From positions 2,520,001-2,552,000 of the forward strand of contig NC_017039.1 in assembly GCF_000284455.1 (NCBI RefSeq): a stretch of 32,000 nucleotides of DNA, in the 5' to 3' direction. Below the pieces are notes generated by a model that saw only the letters and a program-made list of their open reading frames with translations, searched no databases and was not told where the DNA came from. Source of the DNA: Synechocystis sp. PCC 6803 substr. PCC-P. Its GTDB lineage: Bacteria; Cyanobacteriota; Cyanobacteriia; Cyanobacteriales; Microcystaceae. Positions within the stretch are counted from its first letter, which is position 1; each line of letters begins with the position of its first letter. Position numbers and translations under genes: made by a program. Below, piece after piece: positions 28,598-32,000 of the stretch.

Positions 28598-29473
28598 ATG
28601 ACTAGCGTCCCCATTGCCCGTTCCCCGCGCCCCAGTTATCAGCAAATAAATCAACATCAACCCAGTGATAGTGCCCTGGGGTTAGTCTCCACCAGAAGCT
28701 TTCCGGCGATCGTGGGGACAGCAGACATGATGCTGAAATCTTCCCAAGTGACCCTGGTGGGCTACGAAAAAATTGGCAGTGGCTACTGTACCGCAGTGGT
28801 ACGGGGCAAGGTGGCCGATGTGCGCCTAGCAGTGGAAGAGGGGGCCAGAACAGCAGAACAGTTTGGCCAGTTAGTGTCGAAATTGGTTATTCCCCGGCCC
28901 ATGCCCAACCTCCAGGCGGTATTCCCCATCGGTAGTCATCTGGTAGAACTTGCTCAACAGCAACGGGGTTACAGTCGTTTGAGCAATCGATCCATTGGCC
29001 TATTGGAAACCAGAGGTTTTCCGGCTATGGTGGGGGCCGCCGATGCCATGCTCAAATCCGCCGATGTGCAGCTAGCTTCCTACGAAATTATTGGAGATGG
29101 CCTTTGCACCGCCATTGTCCGGGGAACGGTGGCCAATGTGGCCATGGCGATCGAGGTGGGGATGCAGGAAGCAGAACGCATTGGGGAACTCCACGCAGTA
29201 ATGATCATTCCCCGATTGTTAGAGGATTTGGAACATACCCTGCCAGTAGCCACCTATTGGTTGGACGAAAATGAACCTCTACCGATGTTACTGCCCAATC
29301 AAGTCCGGGAAAAACAACGGCAATTGGTGGCCTTACCGGAATTAGAAAAGGCTGTAGTACCCCAACGTCAGGCAAAACCGTTGCCTTTGCAAGAGAAAAC
29401 AGAAGCTCCCTTAGTTCTAGAAAAAGAGGCGGAAAAGCCCATAGTGGAAGTGCTAGGTCCAGAAATTGATTAG
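28598..29473 (+). CDS. ccmO: Carboxysome shell protein CcmO (tandem BMC domains)
   Basis: Two BMC domains: ALGLVSTRSFPAIVGTADMMLKSSQVTLVGYEKIGSGYCTAVVRG and SIGLLETRGFPAMVGAADAMLKSADVQLASYEIIGDGLCTAIVRG. A GTG start at 28580 is also possible. Confidence 0.93.
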   Translation: MTSVPIARSPRPSYQQINQHQPSDSALGLVSTRSFPAIVGTADMMLKSSQVTLVGYEKIGSGYCTAVVRGKVADVRLAVEEGARTAEQFGQLVSKLVIPRPMPNLQAVFPIGSHLVELAQQQRGYSRLSNRSIGLLETRGFPAMVGAADAMLKSADVQLASYEIIGDGLCTAIVRGTVANVAMAIEVGMQEAERIGELHAVMIIPRLLEDLEHTLPVATYWLDENEPLPMLLPNQVREKQRQLVALPELEKAVVPQRQAKPLPLQEKTEAPLVLEKEAEKPIVEVLGPEID

Positions 29474-29508
29474 CTAAACGGGGCGTTAGAGGGCTATTGG
29501 AAGCCGGC

Positions 29509-29994
29509 TTAGGTATTTTGGGCATCAAGGAGATTTCCCTGAAGGGCTATGCTGGGCATTCTGCGGACCTCGATGATTTCCTTGCCCAACTTGTGTATGT
29601 CATCGTCTTCCGAGTAGATGCATGATGCTTTCTGGGCTAGGGCAACAGCTAAGACCATCATGTCAATTTTCATCTTTTCCCGCTGGATGCCTAATTCTTC
29701 CCTCAGCCCCCACTTATTGATATGGATTTTGCCGTATTCAATACTCGCTGGAACGTCAAATGGTACTATTTTGGTCCTTCGAGAAATCTCTTCCATGACT
29801 CTTGGGTTGTCTTGAGGATTGCATCCCATCAGTAACTCGGCAAAAACGGGAGCCGGTATAATGATATGGTTGCGGTTGGCTTCCAGCTGATTCATTAGAG
29901 CTTCTGCCTTTGGGATGTTTTCTTGACGGTCGGAGGATGATTGCCTTTGAATGCCCCACACGACAATATTTGTATCAAGACAAATAATACTCAT
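29509..29994 (-). CDS. PIN-domain ribonuclease (VapC-like)
   Basis: ICLDTNIVVW (Asp7), PVFAELL (Glu), KIDMMVLAVA (Asp) and YSEDDDI (acidic cluster) give the four-acidic-residue PIN layout. 161 aa. Confidence 0.85.
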   Translation of the reverse strand: MSIICLDTNIVVWGIQRQSSSDRQENIPKAEALMNQLEANRNHIIIPAPVFAELLMGCNPQDNPRVMEEISRRTKIVPFDVPASIEYGKIHINKWGLREELGIQREKMKIDMMVLAVALAQKASCIYSEDDDIHKLGKEIIEVRRMPSIALQGNLLDAQNT

Positions 29995-30003
29995 TTCAGT
30001 GCA

Positions 30004-30789
30004 TTAATCTCCATTTTGGCTTTCGGCAAAGTAGGAGACTGGGTCATCGATGTGGGAGAAAGCATCGCTGATACTCTGTTTAAGATGATTAAAGGTCTCT
30101 GTTATTGGGGAGTCTTGGTAGTCCGTGAACTCGATGATTTGAAAAGACTGGATTTCCATGTCATTCATTCTCCATTCGGCGTTCCCCCTGATGCCAACAA
30201 TCTCATACAATCTTTGCCCAGCTTGACGAACGATCGCCTTTTTAGCATCACAGTAGAGTATTTTACCGGACATCATTTTGATCGCAACTTTGGGTTCACT
30301 GCCGCCGACTCGAATGATTTCTCCGTAGAGTGTGGTTTCCCCTTGCATTGTAATAGATGCAGGAATTTCTAATGTTTGATTGATTGAGGTTAGATATTTA
30401 CGACTCCCATTGACGGCATAAAATTCCGTATTAAATCCTCCTTTCTTAGAGAGTTGACGAATCTTGGCAATGCTTTCAACGGTTTTTGAGGGAAGAATTT
30501 CGAGCTTGCGGGTCTCTATGCAATGGGAAACGGCTTCAAAGGCAGGAACCGTGATTTCGGGTAGACTAGGCTCATACTCCAGGATATAGCCATCACCTTT
30601 AACGTTTTTCAGACCGACTATGATGTCATTGGTACGGATCTCGGAATGCTTATCATGAACGTAAGTGCTGATTATTTCTTCTGTCGCTGCAATTAATTCG
30701 CCAATATCCTTCGACCTGACTTTGCCGGGGGATATCCCTGCTCCAGTCAAGCTTGTTTCAATCGTGGTATCTCCATAGCTTTGGGTCAT
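30004..30789 (-). CDS. Hypothetical protein, 261 aa, no family recognised; encoded 9 nt upstream of the PIN gene
   Basis: Clean ORF with an ATG start. GGAGA lies 14 nt before the PIN ATG, inside this gene's 3' end. I could identify no HTH, RHH or AbrB motif. Confidence 0.6.
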   Translation of the reverse strand: MTQSYGDTTIETSLTGAGISPGKVRSKDIGELIAATEEIISTYVHDKHSEIRTNDIIVGLKNVKGDGYILEYEPSLPEITVPAFEAVSHCIETRKLEILPSKTVESIAKIRQLSKKGGFNTEFYAVNGSRKYLTSINQTLEIPASITMQGETTLYGEIIRVGGSEPKVAIKMMSGKILYCDAKKAIVRQAGQRLYEIVGIRGNAEWRMNDMEIQSFQIIEFTDYQDSPITETFNHLKQSISDAFSHIDDPVSYFAESQNGD

Positions 30790-30901
30790 TGTAGGTTGGC
30801 ACGGAGTTGATTGCGTGGCCTCTACAGTGAGAATAACAAGTAATCGACTCTGTGGATAGATGGGAGAGGGTCAGCTTATTTGCTTTTTTTGACACTGCGC
30901 T

Positions 30902-31165
30902 ATGGGATCATTCTGTCTTCCCTTTCTTACTCCGGAGTTGACGGGGCTTTTTCTTGGTGGTAGTCGCCAGTGCTACCGATTAATTGCCGGTGTGATTGAG
31001 TTATGTCCAGAATTGGAATTAATATTAAAGGAAATGAGGCGCTTGGGATGGACTGAAGAACGGGGGAGAGGTTATTTGCAGGAAAATTTTCGCAAGCGTT
31101 CTAGATATGAGTTAACAATTGAGGAATGTCAACTGTTTTTATTTTACCCACAAAATTTGCTGTAA
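30902..31165 (+). CDS. Small hypothetical ORF (87 aa), divergent from the PIN cassette; coding status uncertain
   Basis: ATG start but no obvious RBS. The C-terminal half RLGWTEERGRGYLQENFRKRSRYELTIEECQLFL resembles a short motif I recall from cyanobacterial mobile-element or plasmid proteins (memory only). Confidence 0.3.
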   Translation: MGSFCLPFLTPELTGLFLGGSRQCYRLIAGVIELCPELELILKEMRRLGWTEERGRGYLQENFRKRSRYELTIEECQLFLFYPQNLL

Positions 31166-31321
31166 TTATTTAACCTTGCTAGTGAGTTTTTCCTGAATGA
31201 TTGTTTGCTTATTGAGCAAATCATTTCGCTAGGCATTGGTAACATCTCTACAACTGCAGTTTTTTGATCGTAGGCGATCGCCAAAGGTACAGGTTAATTG
31301 GTTAACAAAAACTTTCTGGTT

Positions 31322-31615
31322 TTAAATAACAGGAAATACTTTGTAATAAATCATCACAAAAATAGTCAAGATATTAATGGCGTAGTTAAATAAAAGGGGC
31401 CACATATTAGCATCAGTTCTTGCCTGCTCATAAAGAACAAACACCAGCGTAAGGACTTCCCCGATAAACCACGATCCTAAAAACAAGGGAGACAAACCGT
31501 TAGCATTGCCATTCAGCCAACATTCGTAGGCCTGGGGGATGCCACAAACTGCCAACATGAAAGCGCCGATCCATCCTATGGCCCTGAGATTTTGATTTGC
31601 TGGTTCTTGTTGCAT
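31322..31615 (-). CDS. PQ-loop, three-TM small membrane protein (SemiSWEET-like)
   Basis: 97 aa with three hydrophobic helices. A PQ motif sits in the first helix (AVCGIPQAYECWLNGNANGLSPLFL), as in PQ-loop repeats. Confidence 0.55.
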   Translation of the reverse strand: MQQEPANQNLRAIGWIGAFMLAVCGIPQAYECWLNGNANGLSPLFLGSWFIGEVLTLVFVLYEQARTDANMWPLLFNYAINILTIFVMIYYKVFPVI

Positions 31616-31787
31616 CGATGCTTTTTTAACGCTGGTTTAACAATGTGGAACGATTATCTGAATTTATCCAAATCCTATTTGCTCTAAAAGTTAATTAACC
31701 TTCCCATTTAGCCATTTTTAACCATTTGTTGACTTTCTCAGACTTTTTGGAGCCATGGGAGATTATTGTCAGTTTTTTGTTTTAGGG

Positions 31788-32000
31788 TCAATAAATTTCC
31801 TCCATTTTCTTGTCCTGGCCTAGGTTAAGCCGTTGGGCATTGGCCACTTCTCCACAACTGCGGGGGGTAGGAAAAAGCTTACCAGGATTAGCTAAGTTAT
31901 CAGGATTAAAACATTGTCTGACCCATTGCATTGTTTCTAAATCTACTTCGTTGAACATATTGGGCATAAAGCAATTTTTATCAATGCCAATGCCGTGTTC
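31788..32000 (-). CDS. glcD: FAD-linked oxidase C-terminal end (glycolate oxidase subunit GlcD-like); the 5' part runs off the window end
   Basis: My reverse translation reads EHGIGIDKNCFMPNMFNEVDLETMQWVRQCFNPDNLANPGKLFPTPRSCGEVANAQRLNLGQDKKMEEIY, with stop TGA at 31790-31788. The EHGIG...K...DP.N.LNPGK tail is typical of the family. Confidence 0.8.
   Translation of the reverse strand, partial: EHGIGIDKNCFMPNMFNEVDLETMQWVRQCFNPDNLANPGKLFPTPRSCGEVANAQRLNLGQDKKMEEIY

Noticed and set aside
28472-28660. A 62-aa minus-strand ORF upstream of and overlapping ccmO
   Set aside because: It overlaps the ccmO start in antisense, and its Gly/Arg/Trp-rich translation has no supporting signals.
1-32000. 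A possible CRISPR array suggested by the recurring GCGATCGC palindrome
   Set aside because: These are dispersed 8-mers (HIP1) at irregular spacing, mostly inside genes. They are not 25-40-bp direct repeats with regular spacers, and no cas genes are present.

Overview
The window looks like a cyanobacterial chromosome segment of the Synechocystis sp. PCC 6803 type. The organism call rests on dense HIP1 palindromes (GCGATCGC), two ISY100 copies, and a gene order I recognise from memory; no database search was possible. Most of the window is core housekeeping. In window order the recognisable genes are mnmG (partial), petE, ftsH, a Lon-N-domain protein, tatC, a beta-hydroxyacid dehydrogenase, a DedA protein, a thioredoxin, groEL2 with a perfect CIRCE operator, an ABC ATPase, a pentapeptide-repeat protein, menC plus a hotdog thioesterase, a cyclophilin, efp-accB, ccmO and glcD (partial). 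Two almost identical ISY100 (IS630 family) copies sit in inverted orientation 8.5 kb apart. Each interrupts a gene that I could rebuild in frame across the TA target duplication: a fatty-acid-hydroxylase-like gene and an AlkA-like DNA glycosylase. One copy carries an A10-to-A9 frameshift in its transposase. The best candidate for an undescribed system is a lower-GC two-gene cassette at 29509-30789, where a 261-aa protein with no family I recognise sits immediately upstream of a PIN-domain nuclease. Other points worth a second look:
- an orphan PilX-N-like secreted protein
- a low-GC 2OG-Fe(II) oxygenase
- a translationally coupled pair of cyanobacteria-specific unknowns with a TTGA overlap
- a menC-thioesterase operon
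- a SemiSWEET-like PQ-loop protein
- a 20% GC intergenic block
I found no tRNA or rRNA genes and no CRISPR arrays.
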